Below, in pieces: positions 48,206-62,131 of a DNA stretch of 64,000 bases. This DNA comes from Mytilus californianus (taxonomy: Eukaryota). Both the position numbers and the translations under genes were made by a program. The notes beneath the pieces were generated by a model, which saw only the letters and a program-made list of their open reading frames with translations, had not been told where the DNA came from and made no database searches. The DNA is taken from the NCBI RefSeq assembly GCF_021869535.1, contig NW_026262593.1, positions 44,206,001-44,270,000 of the forward strand. Direction: 5' to 3'. Every line of letters starts with the position of its first letter. Within the stretch, counting starts at the first letter, position 1.

Positions 48206-49252
48206 ACGCCATAAGCCTTGCTGCAAGACAAAATAAAAAAAAACAAATTCGTAGGAAGTTGAGCTATATTTTCATTAATATGAATACACGAATGACCAAA
48301 GGTTATTAACAAAGTAAAGTACGAATAAAGTGAATAATGGAATAACACAAATGCATTTTAGAGAAGATTGTAGAAGACCAAAAAAAAAAAAAAATGAAAC
48401 CTGCACCCAAACACCACTCAATATATATGTTTGATAATGCCTGAAGGTAACAAAAGTCTCCAAATAACCCTAAGTTTTTTATATGCCAAGGGTTATGCCG
48501 ACTATTTTACGTATCTGATGTTAAAATCGTTGTGCATCTCTTTTGTTCCGTTATCAATTGTCTCAGTCGTGTATTGACCAAATACTGGCATTGCTTTTAA
48601 AGTTGTTGCTACCGTAATCCTAGACATATTCGTGCCAACTGACCAGCTTAACATGTACTATGTATAAGGAGGTCTATTTTTCAAAATTGTTCTCCCAGTA
48701 GTAGCCACTGCTTCTTTACATGCTTGACCAAAATGATAAATTGCAGGTTCAAAATTTTAGTTTAAAAGTTATGTAAATACTCTATATTAAGGCTGCAATT
48801 TCCCAATGACAATTATGTTAGGTCCTTACTTGTTTGATATTCCCAAACGTGTTATGTATGAGATTCATAAAATTTTGGCCTTCGTTTGATTAAACGTTTC
48901 TGACAAATTATAAATGCAACATGAAACACGTGGTGTGCACACTTATATTGCATATATTGTTATCCTACGTTCAGTTCGAGTCATTATTAAAAACAATTCC
49001 TAGTTTGGCTCGGAACGTTTCGGATAAAATTTATCAACAAAAGCTTTGACATCTTTGATTAAGAACGAGGACACACTAAACTTTTAGAGAATAAAATCGA
49101 TGTGCGAATTGAATCAATGAATGGTAATGGTCGCATCTTAACTGGAATACTCTCGTACTACGCTGATGAAGTGTAGAAGTCATCCGGGAATCAGCCTATG
49201 ATCGGTATAATATTATAAGTACGTCCATTTCCACGGCCGTAAATTAGCCTTA

Positions 49253-49810
49253 GGTTACAAGAGCGCAATTATTTGTTTACATTTTACCGGCAAGTTTTTT
49301 ACTCAGAATAGAATCAAGTACGGCTTCTGATTGGATGATACAGAATTGGAATTACTTTTAATCGAAAGCTTATCCAATTAGGTTTAAAAAATCCAGAAAA
49401 TCAAATTCACATTTTGCAAAGTATAAAAGTTCAAAATATCTTCCATTTCTGCACGTCGGGGCCATTAAAAATATGCCTTTTTCATTAAGCGACAAAATAG
49501 ACGATCTTTTTCAACTGCATTTAAAGTCAATTTTTGCCGCATGCTCATATATATTTTTTTGGTTGTAATGCAACACTAACATTTCTAGTAACAGGAATTT
49601 GCTACCCGTTTTTTTCCTAGTTTGTGTAGTCTTCGAGAGAAAGACGGGAGAGGACGTCACTAATGTTGTTATAACTTGTGTCCAATCCCTTGTGCTACTT
49701 TTGCAAATAAAATATGTTTAAACTAAAATTAAACTTCGAGAGAAAAAAATACGAAACACCACTGGTACCCTATGGAAAATGCATTACGAATAATTGCGCT
49801 CTTGTAACCC
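49253..49810. mobile_element. MITE with TTA target duplication (PIF/Harbinger, Tourist-like)
   Basis: TTA|ggttacaagagcgcaattatttg ... cgaataattgcgctcttgtaaccc|TTA. Confidence 0.8.
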
Positions 49811-50027
49811 TTATTTATGAAGGAAGGTAATAAGTTGTGAAGGTAGTTATCAGGCGAGGGAGACGGGCCATGAGCTGGGCATTTTATGGTGCACAAGACT
49901 TCATCCCAAGAATATGCTGTGTCTCGACTGAATAGGAGATCCAGGAATGGAAGAAAAAAACTACCCGATGAATTTTAAACTATTTATTCAATAGAAGACG
50001 AAATACTGACAAAAACAGCACTTCTAA

Positions 50028-50340
50028 GGCTGTCCGCTCCTCTGTTTCAAAATAACAAGCTTTTTAAAAGACTATTATAAATTGATAGAATATAAATAAA
50101 GGAACATAAAAATAAGAAAAAATGATAGGTCCGTGTCCTTTTTTTTTAGATATAATCAATTGAAAAATATGCGGGAAATGGTTGTTCTCTCTAGATTGTT
50201 CGTACATTTAATATTGGCACCGGGTTTTTTTCTCAAAAATAATGGAAAAAAACAAGAATTATATAAGTTTCTCAAAAATGGAGTTTTAAACTAAATGTTA
50301 TGAAATCATGAAAAGAAAAGTAGGGGTTAACGGACAAAAT
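50028..50340 (-). mobile_element. Diverged partial relative of the 58692-59081 MITE
   Basis: gtttcaaaataacaagctttt...taaaggaac...gcgggaaa..gttctctct matches the reverse complement of the 3' half of 58692-59081. Confidence 0.55.
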
Positions 50341-51189
50341 TTTTATTGGCATTACATGGATAAAACTAGAGGATTCCGAATATCTGACAAAAAGTCAAAT
50401 ACAAGAGTAGCGAACATCCTTAAGTCCAACACAGGACGGCTTATTCATAGTAATCCAACTGTTCATTCACGTATTGACATCAGTGTTATTTTCATTTTTC
50501 GATGAGTCCTCAATTTTGCTATGAACGTTTCGAATATAGTGCTTAAAACATTTTTTCTCACAACAAGCCTTTTCCAGAAATATCTGTAATACTTAGGGTA
50601 TATTTATAATGAATGTGTTTAAAAAATAAAGATTTTGACAGAAAATCTAAAATATAATTTTTCATCCCGAACAGGGTTTCAAATGAACATCTAAATATGA
50701 ATTAAGATGATAAATAATTATATAATTATTTCTGATGATGGTTAAGTATCGATTTTATGTCTTATCGGTTTGCGGTTTATCTCGAATTATAAGTGTGGGC
50801 GGGTGTGATAAGAATTTTTACAATCAATAATAATATTCGTTCATTTTCATAATAATTACAATTACATCGATGTTTATAAGCTTCTTTGATTTTGATTGGC
50901 AGACAATGATCATGAGACAATCCAAACTTATGTTTCATTACCTAATCAAATGAAACATCTATAACAGCACGTTCTTTCCATGAAAAGTTACAACAATGTA
51001 TTGGAAAATAAACGAGGCTTGCTTTCACTCATATTTCATGGTTAAAGCATAAAAATGTAATTATAAAAAATGAGGCTTTCTTTTTGTAATATTATAGGAC
51101 CGTAAAACGTTGAAAGTCCCCGCGTTTTTCAATGAAATGATTCCTTCATACAAATTGTGCTTCTGTTAACGTATCTACATTCCAATAAT

Positions 51190-51490
51190 TTAATTTTGGA
51201 TGTAACGCGTCTTCTGATTGGCTGACGTTGTTTTGTTTATCAGCTCATAGACATAATTTTGTCATGTGACCGTGACGTGATCAACGTTTTTTCATGGTTT
51301 ACTCCGGTTTAAAATGGAATTTAGAATTAAATTATAAGAAATGACTGTAATATTTTTTCTGTCTATTCGAAATAACATAAAAAATGAGGTGCACACTTTA
51401 AAATAAGCCGCTACGCGGGTTATTCAGTGTGCACCACATTTTTAATGTTATTTCTTCATAGACAGAAAAAATATTACAGTCATTCCTTAA
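51190..51490 (+). mobile_element. Non-autonomous element ending in a ~150-bp palindrome (Helitron/Helentron-like)
   Basis: aagaaatgactgtaatattttttctgtctat...ggtgcacac (from 51336) pairs with gtgtgcacc...atagacagaaaaaatattacagtcattcctt (to 51488). Confidence 0.65.
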
Positions 51491-53719
51491 ATAAAATATC
51501 AAAGGAAGCATAAAATTATAATTCTTAACAAAACTGGATTCATCCATAATTTTATAACGTGCTCCCATCAAGGTAACTTATAAAAATGCATTTCGTCTTG
51601 TATTTACATTCGTGGTCACCCCTTACTACGAAATTCTAGTATTCCACAAATATGAATGAATCTTTACTAAAACCGGGTGTCATTGACTACATTTTTAGTT
51701 GTTTATTACAGATCATTTCATGAAATTGGACAGTCCGAATATGAGTTGTTTACTTTTGTATATTTTAGTACACCTAACAGATTTCTCTTTTTTACGTCTT
51801 ATTTGAGTATTAGAATGTTTATTGCTGATCTTTCCATTCTTAACTATAATTGATGAAACCAGATCTATTAAAGATAAAGCTAACTCCCTGACAAATACGT
51901 ACATGAAGATATGTCCGATTTCAGTTACGTTGTGAAAACTTTATGCCCATGCTAATTGCATCCGAATGGATCAAGGAAACAGATCAACAATAAAACATTG
52001 CAATACATGAATGATGTAAGTTAGATATATTATGAAGTTCAATGCCATCGCCCTGCCAAATCACATGTTACTGATGTGGCATGCAACAGTATCAATCAAT
52101 TAATCAATCAAACAAACCAATAAATCAATCAATTTGAGAAGTGTGGTCTCATGCGGAAACTTATCTCATTGGCAATCATATCAAATCTCGTTTTTTTTTT
52201 AATTTTACAGCCTCGTGCTTTGGTCTCGGGTGGATACTTGTCTCATTGGCAATCCTACCACAACTCCTTATTTTTATATTTGTTACATTTATATTGAATA
52301 CTGAGGAAACAAAACACAAAGAATGTACGATGGAAAACAATAATTTGAAATGCAAGGACAGGGTATGAGTAAAGCGTTCCTAGCAATAATCAACCGAACG
52401 AATATTATTTTCTTCCTTATTCAAGCGTGTAATTCTGCTTTACATTATCAATTTTTCATTATACACTTGTCTTTGCGAATACATTTGCATGTCTCTAGGG
52501 ATCACATTTTTCCGTATTCTGTCATTCTTATTAAACATTTCATAGTCGTATCTCTACCGGATATGCATCGTTTCAAAACAAATATTTCTCTTACTTAAAG
52601 TTATGCCAGTGTTACGGTCAACAAGTGTATTTTCTGTTCGTACATTTTTTGCACTGTTATAAAGCTGAAACTGTTTTAAGAAGGGCGTTATATTGTTACT
52701 ATCACCTGTCGCTTTACTTCTAATATAGAATTTCAAAGGAAACGATGACTGTGTACTGAGACTCTGCATATCTTTCAAATTGCCAAATATAATTGTTGTT
52801 TGATCTGGTAATTATAAACGTATAATATTCTACAACCAAGAATATCACAAACAACATTAAAGAAACAATATACAAATAAATATCAGTATGTATGCACCGA
52901 CATGTCCGTTTACAGTCACCGAAGTTTTGGACTGTTCGGTGGATAAAGTTCATTTCAAAATGAAACATTATCAAGGCTGTTGATATCGTTAACCAAAATA
53001 ATATAACAAAAAGACGAAAAATTACCAATCCTAAGCCGGTTTCAGTTAAAAATAAACCTTTTAATAGCTGATTAAATAGGTATGCGTTTTAATCATTGTT
53101 GAAGGCTGTACGATGATCTATTGTTTTACCTCCCCATTCTTAGGTCTTTGACGGATAGCTGTCTCATTGTCAAACATACCACATTTCCTTATGTTTATAC
53201 TGTGAAAAAAGATTTGCATTTGTTATATAAAAAAAAATACTAATAAATTATTTTTAAAAGGATTTACATTTTCCAGACAATTCTCTTTCTGGGTCTATGA
53301 AACTACTTTTTAATGTTACATTTTTATAAAAATATAAGTATATGTATTATGATTGCTAATGAGACAACTATCCACCAAAGTTCAAATGACGTGGATGTAA
53401 GCATTTCAACTAGTTTTGAAATAGATTTTTCTTTTTTTATCTTGTTTATACCTAAACTTACTTTTACTGTTCATATTCATTCAGAGACATATATTAAAAC
53501 AGCGTCTAATTAACGGTCGAGATGACCTCCGAAGACTGCCGACGACCATTTAACCCCATATAAACATAAAAATAAACAGATAGCGACCACGTGCAATTGG
53601 ATTTTTCTAGGTGTGTTTGATTTCATATTGTAGGTTAAAAAGTATGTTAATCATCGTTTTTACCTTTGTGCATCGAATCAGTCAACTAAATGGTTCATCC
53701 TTGTTTCACTTTCAATGTT

Positions 53720-54157
53720 GACATTATTTTCCTTTTAATAGCTGAATACATGCGTAACCCATCTCCAGATAACGGGTTTAATTAAAGGTCACATGAATAC
53801 GGATTCAATGAGGTCGAATTATTCACCAGCGATGTTTCTTATCTTTTTTGACAAAATTGAACCAAATTGGCTGTTAAAAGCGAATCAGTATTTCACTATA
53901 TCACTTTCATTAATGATTTTTTTTATATCCCGTAGCTAATGACCCTTTAATTACTAAAATGTATTGGGGTATACATACTTCAGCCGACGATAAAACATGA
54001 AAATAGACGTCAACATATTGTCTTCAATATTAAACACATTTCTGGTTGATATGTCAAGTATCAAATCTTGCCTAATAGGAGAATGTCTGTACCGAAATGG
54101 TTCAAAGCTTTTAATGAATTCAACTTTACCTGCCAAAGATTTGCAATTAACTATCAT
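53720..54157 (-). mobile_element. Possible ancient LINE apurinic-endonuclease remnant
   Basis: IVNCKSLAGKVEFIK, then after a frameshift TDILLLG.., resembles the APE N-terminal N-C-x-S-h-x-x-K ... D-h-h-h-h-x-E-S/T-W pattern. The rest is heavily decayed. Confidence 0.3.
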
Positions 54158-54774
54158 AAATTCCTGAAATCATGCATCAATTGCAATCGTATCTTGAATT
54201 TGATTCCTACAATATGAAAATAAGAGCTGTGATATGAATGCAATGAAACATCTATCCACCAGAGACCAACGGAGTAGAGGTTGCCAACTATAGATCATCG
54301 TACGATCTTCAACAATGAGCAAAACACATAACGCATAGCAAACCTATCATCAACATGTCAGTTAAGTTAATCTATTCCTGTTATTTCCCTTGAAAATAAA
54401 AAAAAAAATAGGGAAAACTTACAGTAACTTCTATACGATTCAATCAGTCATTAGTTTATACCTTTGTATTCTGTATTATTGTTTTCACCATGTTTACACT
54501 ATACCAAATTTTAATGTTAGTAGACATATAATTGACTATCCCTAAAAAGTTTAATAAGCTGCAGCAGAGATCCATTAGCATAGTACATGAAATGCGGAGG
54601 TATACGGTAGATTGCTAATGGATCCCTTCAATATAATTTTGTTCTTGGAGTGTTTGTTTGAGAGTATGGTCTACTGCTACAAGTAACAAGCAATATCGGT
54701 CACTAACGATTGTTCTTATAATCATGTTTCTTCCTATAGTATCGTGTTGTCATTGTTTGGATCTAATAAAATAC

Positions 54775-55042
54775 AATTCAAAATGGAAATTGGGAATGTG
54801 TCAAAGAAACAACAACCCGACCAAAGAGCAGAAAACAGTCCAAGGCCACCAATAGGTTTACAAAGCAGCGAGAAAATCCCGTAACCGGAGTTGGGCTTTA
54901 GCTGGCCCCTAAGCAAAAATGTGTACAAGTTCAGTGAAAATGGACGTCACACTAAACTCCGAAACATATAAATGAACTAAAATGAAAAAAAAATCATACA
55001 AGACTAACAAAGGCCAAGGGACTTTGGACAGGCGCAAAAATG
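54775..55042 (+). repeat. Interspersed repeat family B copy (internally deleted, 3'-truncated)
   Basis: aaatggaaattgggaatgtgtcaaagaaac...ggacaggcgcaaaaatg. Confidence 0.65.
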
Positions 55043-55965
55043 GCTAAGTATTCTTCTAAGTATTGTTTCTAATTTCTCAGGACAAAAGTTAGACAGTATA
55101 AAAGATAAAGAAATGATACCTCATTTATAAGTGGAAAATGAAATAGCTAAATATGTTTTTTTACATTTTGAACCTTATAACATTGCTCAGCATCAAGTCT
55201 GTTTTTCCTCAATAGGCAAATAAAACTGCAAAAGAACCATGATATGGAACTTTTAATTTACTTTGCGAAATAAAGAAACGCGAACTTTTAACTTAATATA
55301 TGCCATTTCATTCCGGTAGTGACAAATAATTTAATAAGACATACTTTTATTACCAATAAATGCACAAGCAAACCCAATAATTATGAACTCAAGAAAATGA
55401 TATTTCCAATTTAACTGTTGTTTAAAGCAGAATGGCAGTTAAAATTGAATTTAAAAGAATATTGTTGGTCATAAATATATGATCATTTTGGTTATTTTAT
55501 TTGCACAAATACTTTGCACGAATGGTTTGGGGTGACGAAGACGCATAAACGAAAAGACCACGTTGAAGTTATAGTAAAGAATAGTCGGCTGAAAATAAAA
55601 ATATATACCGCGTATGAAAATGCCATTGAAAATCGTTATCTAATGAAAAAAAAAGTACCTGCTATCCCTTCCACAAGAAGTAGGGCCAATTTCTTCTGAA
55701 TTTATATTAGCACAGGCCATTATCAAATAGTCTTTCAATATTTAATATTATATAGATATAAGAAGATGTGGTATGAGTGCCAATGAGACAACTCTCCATC
55801 CAAGTCAAAATTTATAAAAGTAAACCATTATAGGTCAAAGTACGGTCTTCAACACGGAGCCTTGGCTCACACCGAATAGCAAGCTATAAAGGGCCCTAAA
55901 AATTACTAGTGTAAAACCATTCAAACGGGAAAACCAACGGTCTAATCTATATAAAAACCGAGAAA

Positions 55966-56225
55966 TTATCGCTATTTACGAAATTTTCCTTTGATCTTGC
56001 TGACTGATAATTTCCTTTCTCAGTGTAGTCGAGTGATATGAAAATTATCGCTAGAAATTAAGGGGGCACGTGGCGTTGCTAATGAAATTGACAATGTCGT
56101 CATAGGTAAAAAAGCGATAAACAGATTATCATTGGAAATCTCAACTCGATTGCTTTTCTCACTTTCGCCGTACCGGCTCAAGCGAGAAAATCAATCTCGT
56201 TGAGATGATCAACGATAATCTATAA
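55966..56225 (+). mobile_element. Non-autonomous element ending in a ~100-bp palindrome
   Basis: agattatc...atctcaac.cgattg.ttttctc (from 56123) pairs with gagaaaatcaatctcgttgagat...gataatct (to 56221). Confidence 0.6.
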
Positions 56226-56669
56226 ATATATTCACAATACCACAGCTTCCTTCGTATACTTTGAGGTTATAACGATATTATTGCTTACATATAAACAGAT
56301 GACCAAATTATAAAGGCCTGAAGAAAAATCGCAATTTAACATATTTTGGCAATTGTTTAGTATTTATCCATACAGAACTTGCAATGTCATCAACTGCAAT
56401 GTGTAACACTACAAAAACAGTTTTATTATATAAAAATATCAAGAATTGTTAACAAAAAATGTTTTAAGTATAATAATGTAGACTCTTCAATACGTACATT
56501 CCAGTAGGTTTTAACAACTTTTATATTTTGACTCTGAGAGTAATACAAATACAAGGGAAACTGCATGACCATTACTCAAAGACTTTATTGATCGGTTCCT
56601 TATACAAGTAGACACAGTTTCACTTTGTGAAGTGTCTGAAACCCATAGACAACCAGGACGTTACATTTG

Positions 56670-58500
56670 CGGTTTTTGGATATAAAAACATCACATTAAA
56701 TGTTAACCGGACATTGATAAACCTGTCATATTCGCCTCGTGATAATTGTTGTGTGCGGTTTTGGGGTATAATAACATCACAGATTATGTTTACCGGACAA
56801 TGATAAACCTGTCATTTTCGCCTCGTGATAATTGTTGTGTGCGGATTTTTGGGTTTAAAAACATCACAGATTATGTTTACCGGACAATGATAAACCTGTC
56901 ATTTTCGCCTCGTGATAATTATTGTGTGCGGTTTTTTGGGTATAAAAACATCACAGTAAATGTTTACCGGACAATGATAAACCTGTCATTTTCGCCTCGT
57001 GATAATTGTTGTGTGCGGTTTTTTTGGGTATAAAAACATCACAGTAAATGTTTACCGGACAATGATAAACCTGTCATTTTCGCCTCGTGATAATTGTTGT
57101 GTGCGTTTTTTTGGGTATAAAAACATCACAGTAAATGTTTACCGGACAATGATAAACCTATCATTTCGCCTCGTGATAATTATTGTGTGCGGTTTTTTGG
57201 GTATAAAAACATCACAGTAAATGTTTACCGGACAATGATAAACCTATCATTTCGCCTCGTGATAATTATTGTGTGCGGTTTTTTGGGTATAAAAACATCA
57301 AAGTAAATGTTTACCTGACAATGATAAACCTGTCATTTTCGCCTCGTAATAGTTATTGTGTGCGGTTTTTTTGGGTATAAAAACATCACAGTAAATGTTT
57401 ACCGGACAATGATAAACCTGTCATTTTCGCCTCGTGATAATTGTTGTGTGCGGTTTTTTTGGGGGGTATAAAATCATCACTGTAAATGTTTACCGGACAA
57501 TGATAAACCTATCATTTTCGCCTCGTGATAATTGTTGTGTGCGGTTTTTTGGGTATAAAAATATCACAGTAAATGTTTACCGGACAATGATAAACCTGTC
57601 ATTTTCGCCTCGTGATAATTGTTGTATGCGGTTTTTTTGGGTATAAAAACATCACAGTAAATGTTTATCAGACAATGATAAACCTGTCATTTTTGCCTCG
57701 TGATAATTGTTGTGTGCGTTTTTTGGGGGGTATAAAAACATCACAGTAAATGTTTACCGGACAATGATAAACCTGTCATTTTCGCCTAGTAATAGTTATT
57801 GTGTGCGGATTTTTTGGGTATAAAAACATCACAGTAAATGTTTATCAGACAATGATAAACCTGTCATTTTCGCCTCGTGATAATTGTTGTGTGCGGTTTT
57901 TTTGGGGGTATAAAAACATCACTGTAAATGTTTACCGGACAATGATAAACCTATCATTTTCGCCTCTTGATAATTGTTGTGTGCGGTTTTTTGGGGTATA
58001 AAAATATCACAGTAAATGTTTACCGGACAATGATAAACCTGTCATTTTCGCCTCGTGATTTGTTGTGTGCGTTTTTTTGGGTATAAAAACATCAAAGTAA
58101 ATGTTTACCGGACAATGATAAACCTGTCATTTTCGCCTCGTGATAATTGTTGTGTGCGGTTTTTTTGGGTATAAAAACATCACAGTAAATGTTTACCGGA
58201 CAATGATAAACCTGTCATTTTCGCCTCGTAATAATTGTTGTGTGCGTTTTTTTTGGGGGTATAAAAACATCACTGTAAATGTTTACCGGACAATGATAAA
58301 CCTGACATTTTCGCCTCGTGATAATTGTTGTTTGTTGTTTTGGGGTATAAAAACATCACAGTAAATGTTTACCAGACAATGATAAACCTGTCATTTTCTC
58401 CTCGTGATAATTGTTGTGTGCGGTTTTTGGGGTATAAAAACATCACAGTAAATGTTTACCGGACAATAATAAACCTGTCAATTTTGCCTCGTGATAATTG
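56670..58500. repeat. 87-bp tandem repeat array (~21 copies)
   Basis: Unit GGGTATAAAAACATCACAGTAAATGTTTACCGGACAATGATAAACCTGTCATTTTCGCCTCGTGATAATTGTTGTGTGCGGTTTTTT. Length variation is almost all in the T/G homopolymer at the unit junction. Confidence 0.97.
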
Positions 58501-58691
58501 TTAATCAAACTGGACTATAAAGGTCTTTTTGTCATATTTCAACTCTGAAAAATGATTAAAAATTAAGCTATAGTATCTGTTAATGCTTTGTTATTCTTAA
58601 AATTAAAAAATAAATAAACATCCACCTCGAACTACAAACTAAATTGAGTAAACGAAAACTAATTTGATAATTGGTAGATCGTTGGCATTAA

Positions 58692-59081
58692 GGATGTTCG
58701 CTTGTCATGTTTTGGGATTTTTGTCAGATTTTCGGAATCCTTTGGTTTTATCCGTTTGAATGCCTTAAAAAATTTTGCCCATTGACCCCCATTTTTCTTT
58801 TTATTAATCTTTTACATGTATAATTATAAGCCATTTGTAAAAGTCTTATAAGATCTTTGTTATTTTTTAATAGTTTTTGAGAACTTAAACTTGTCAATGA
58901 TAAAGCTATGAAAAATCAAGAGAGAACATTTTCCCGCAAAAATTTCTATGGCTAATATCTCGAAAACAAGCACATTGACCTATATATTTTTGTGGCTTTT
59001 TTGGTTCCTTTATTTATCCCCTATCAATATATACTAGTGTTATGAAAAGCTTGTTATTTTGAAACTAAGTAGCGAACTTCC
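58692..59081. mobile_element. 390-bp MITE with TTAA target duplication (Kolobok/piggyBac-type)
   Basis: TTAA|ggatgttcgct ... agcgaacttcc|TTAA (58688-58691 and 59082-59085). Confidence 0.82.
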
Positions 59082-59786
59082 TTAACACAAAATGTTTATA
59101 TTTTCTGAAGCAACCGACTGATACCTTCGGAAGATAAAACGTTGTTTAAAAAATACATCAACTTTACACTAACATTTGTGTGTCTTCATTGATACGGTGA
59201 TGAGTGATTTTATCATGATAATGTATGGCAGATTCAATAAGAGATGTACATGTAGGAACCTAAGTTCCCTCTCTTCGTGATGATTAGTTTTCTGCGTAAC
59301 ATGTGAAGACTATTTTAACTTATTGTCATTGAATACGACAACAAAGTCAAGCTAGAGTCTATTTGCCTTTATCTAGGTTGAATGATCTGTTTGAAATTCT
59401 AACACGATATTCTCCGGGGTTTGAGACAAAAACAATAAGCTTGAAACAAAAAGGGCAGACAACAAGCAATAACAACAATTGAACCACAGGACTTGACTCT
59501 GGACAGGCACATATACAATGTAGCGGAGTTAACATGTTTTTGTTTGCTCAACCTTTACATAACCTGAGACAATGGTTTAACAGAACAACGCAAGAAACAC
59601 TATGAGGAGTATAATTTCAACGATATTGTGTTGTTGGGTGTCTGTATCATTTATGATTACCATTTGTCTCCTTTATTTATATACAAAAAATAGAGAACGA
59701 CATACATAAAAGAATAGCGAGTCCAAATAAAATGTTATTTCCAGAATATTCAGTTGCATTGTAAAAAAATGTTAAAAACCAGGCTC

Positions 59787-60097
59787 AGTACGCCAGACAA
59801 TCTGTTCTTCTACATTAGACTCATCAGATGCGCTCGAATGAAAACAGTTGGAAACCTAAACAATTACGAAGTTTGAAAAATCGTATAATCAACATAAACT
59901 TTGTTTAAACATTTTCGAGGATATTCATTTGCATTGCAAAAACTGTTTTGAAATAAACAGGATTATAGTTTAGTACGCCAGACGGTCGTTTCGTCTACAT
60001 TAGACTCATCAGATGCGCTCGAATCAAAACAGTTGGAAAACCAAACAATTACGAAGTTTGAAAAATCGTATAATCAACTCAAACTTTGTTTGAACAT
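59787..60097. repeat. Local direct duplication (~125-bp unit, 185-bp spacing)
   Basis: agtacgccagac...ctacattagactcatcagatgcgctcgaat...aaactttgttt at 59787-59912 and 59972-60097. Confidence 0.85.
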
Positions 60098-61494
60098 AAG
60101 GCAATGACATACACTAGTGCATGATAATTAAATTATCTTCAATGCACAGAATTTCATCCCATTTGGTTATGGATTTCACTTAAGTGTGCCCTACTGGGTT
60201 TGTAATTAAAATGTTCATCGCTGTCTCTTTATGTGATCTAAGTATAGACAGAAATAAATTCGACCAAAAATTTTCTGTTGTCTATATTCTTTTTCAAATA
60301 TTTGTTTGATTAATGAAAGTGAATCCCCCATGTAATGCTGAAGTTATTGTTGCATGGTTTGATTTACTTAAATGTATGATTGTTATCTCATCATTATTGC
60401 ATAATATACTTTTACATGGGATTTGGTCGTAGATGAATAAATTGATTCCATTTCATAGATAACAAATGTATGACAGGCTTTTAGGACAGTTAACTTCACA
60501 TTCTGTGTAAGTGCCGATGTACCAAAGGTGTTTAAGAATACCAACGTTAGGGTTCTTCATTTTTCACAATGGCATTATTTGTTTTCTTTTTCTTTTTTTT
60601 TTATGTTGTGCATACCTAAAAAGAGTTCAATATGTTGACAGTAGTTACATGACTAAATATAATTTTGTAAACTAGCAACCCAATCGTTGAAAATCACATC
60701 ATACTATCGATTATCAGCACTGCAGCTGCAACAGGTAACAAATTAAAATCTGTTGTACACGATTGCAAAAACCATAGTATTGCAAAAGAAATCGGAGCGG
60801 TAGCCAACAATCTATTGTACACGATAGCAAAGGCAGTTGTTTTGAATAGCAATCGGGTATATGCCGCAATGATAGCTGATGATATGTTGTGTCAATCAAA
60901 TTTCATTTACATTTCATCGGTGCAATTTATCTATTGGTAGTTCTTGTTCGCATACGTCCTTTTTGTCTCAAGTTTCTCTCTGTTTATGACTTTTAAATTC
61001 TAGTTTCCTTATATAAGTCACAATATGACTATTCCTACATTGTTGTTGGTTCAGAATATTCTTTATTATAATTTTATTGTATAACAGTCATTTGTAGAAA
61101 ATTAGATCCAACCAAAAAAGTTATTTTCGTCCATCATTATCGGTTAACATTGCTGTTGGACGACAGAACAGCGGAGTGGTAAAGTCTCACACAATCAATC
61201 ATAAAAAGAAAAACATATTCTGAAACTTTCTTTAAATAATTTCTGAATTAAAATAATTTCTAAATGATTTCGTATATTACATTTCCACAAGGACACCTGG
61301 TTCATAATATGCAAACATTTGAAAAACTAAACGAAAATCAAAATCTAAATATGTTTTCTATTTTTTTATGTCTAATTAGATTAAGTATCTTACTCATACA
61401 CAACTGTTAATGTTTACAACCTGTCAAATTTCTAACCCTAGTGTTTTGTGTTTGTTTTTTCTGGTATTTTGTTTGTGTCATTGTATTTTTGTTG

Positions 61495-61746
61495 ATTTTT
61501 GTTGTTGCTAAAGTTGGTTGTAGGAGCCACAAATACAATTGTTAATTCCAACATGTCAATGTCTATTCACTAAATTATCAGGTAATAACAAGATTTCTTT
61601 CTGGGTTTTTGTTTGTGTTTGTGTTTGTGTTTTTGTGTTTTTGTGTTTTTTTGTTGTTGCTAAAGTTGGTTGTAGGTGCCACAAATACAATGGTTAAGTC
61701 CAATATGTCAATATGACTATTCATTAAGTATACTATCAAGTAATAA
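61495..61746. repeat. Local direct duplication (~95-bp unit, 152-bp spacing) with TG/T-rich linkers
   Basis: gttgttgctaaagttggttgtagg.gccacaaatacaat at 61501 and 61653. Confidence 0.85.
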
Positions 61747-62131
61747 AAAGAAAATCCTGCCACAGTTTAATTAATTTCAACGTTCAAAGTCTGTACGCAA
61801 TTTTCGATGAAGGTTTGGATTACCCTTACCCTTATTCTAGAGCTAATTTTGATTTATGTATCAATACACTAGATGTAATTCCGCGACTTGTTACTCGGGT
61901 GCCTACCCGCTAAATTACTAAACCTAACCTTAACCCTATTCAAAACCGGGACGCGAATGTTCAATTCGTTTTCGTGTCTTTTTTTATGACAAATTGACCA
62001 GTGCCTTTGTAAAAATACATTTATGAACATGCTATTTCTATCCTGTTTAAACAGTTAAATACTATGCATCTAAAAATGTAATCACAAGCAGTTAAAATAT
62101 TACATTTCAGCCACTGTTAAACTATGTATAT

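Noticed and set aside
48502-48750. 82-codon minus frame with one internal stop (EPAIYHFGQACKEA...)
   Set aside because: No start codon, acceptor or known motif; frames of this length occur by chance many times in this window.
56746-58364. Six ORFs called within the 87-bp array
   Set aside because: They are products of the tandem repeat, with frames shifting at homopolymers; not annotated as CDS.
61919-61937. cctaaccttaaccct telomere-like motif
   Set aside because: Only two imperfect units; not an interstitial telomeric array.
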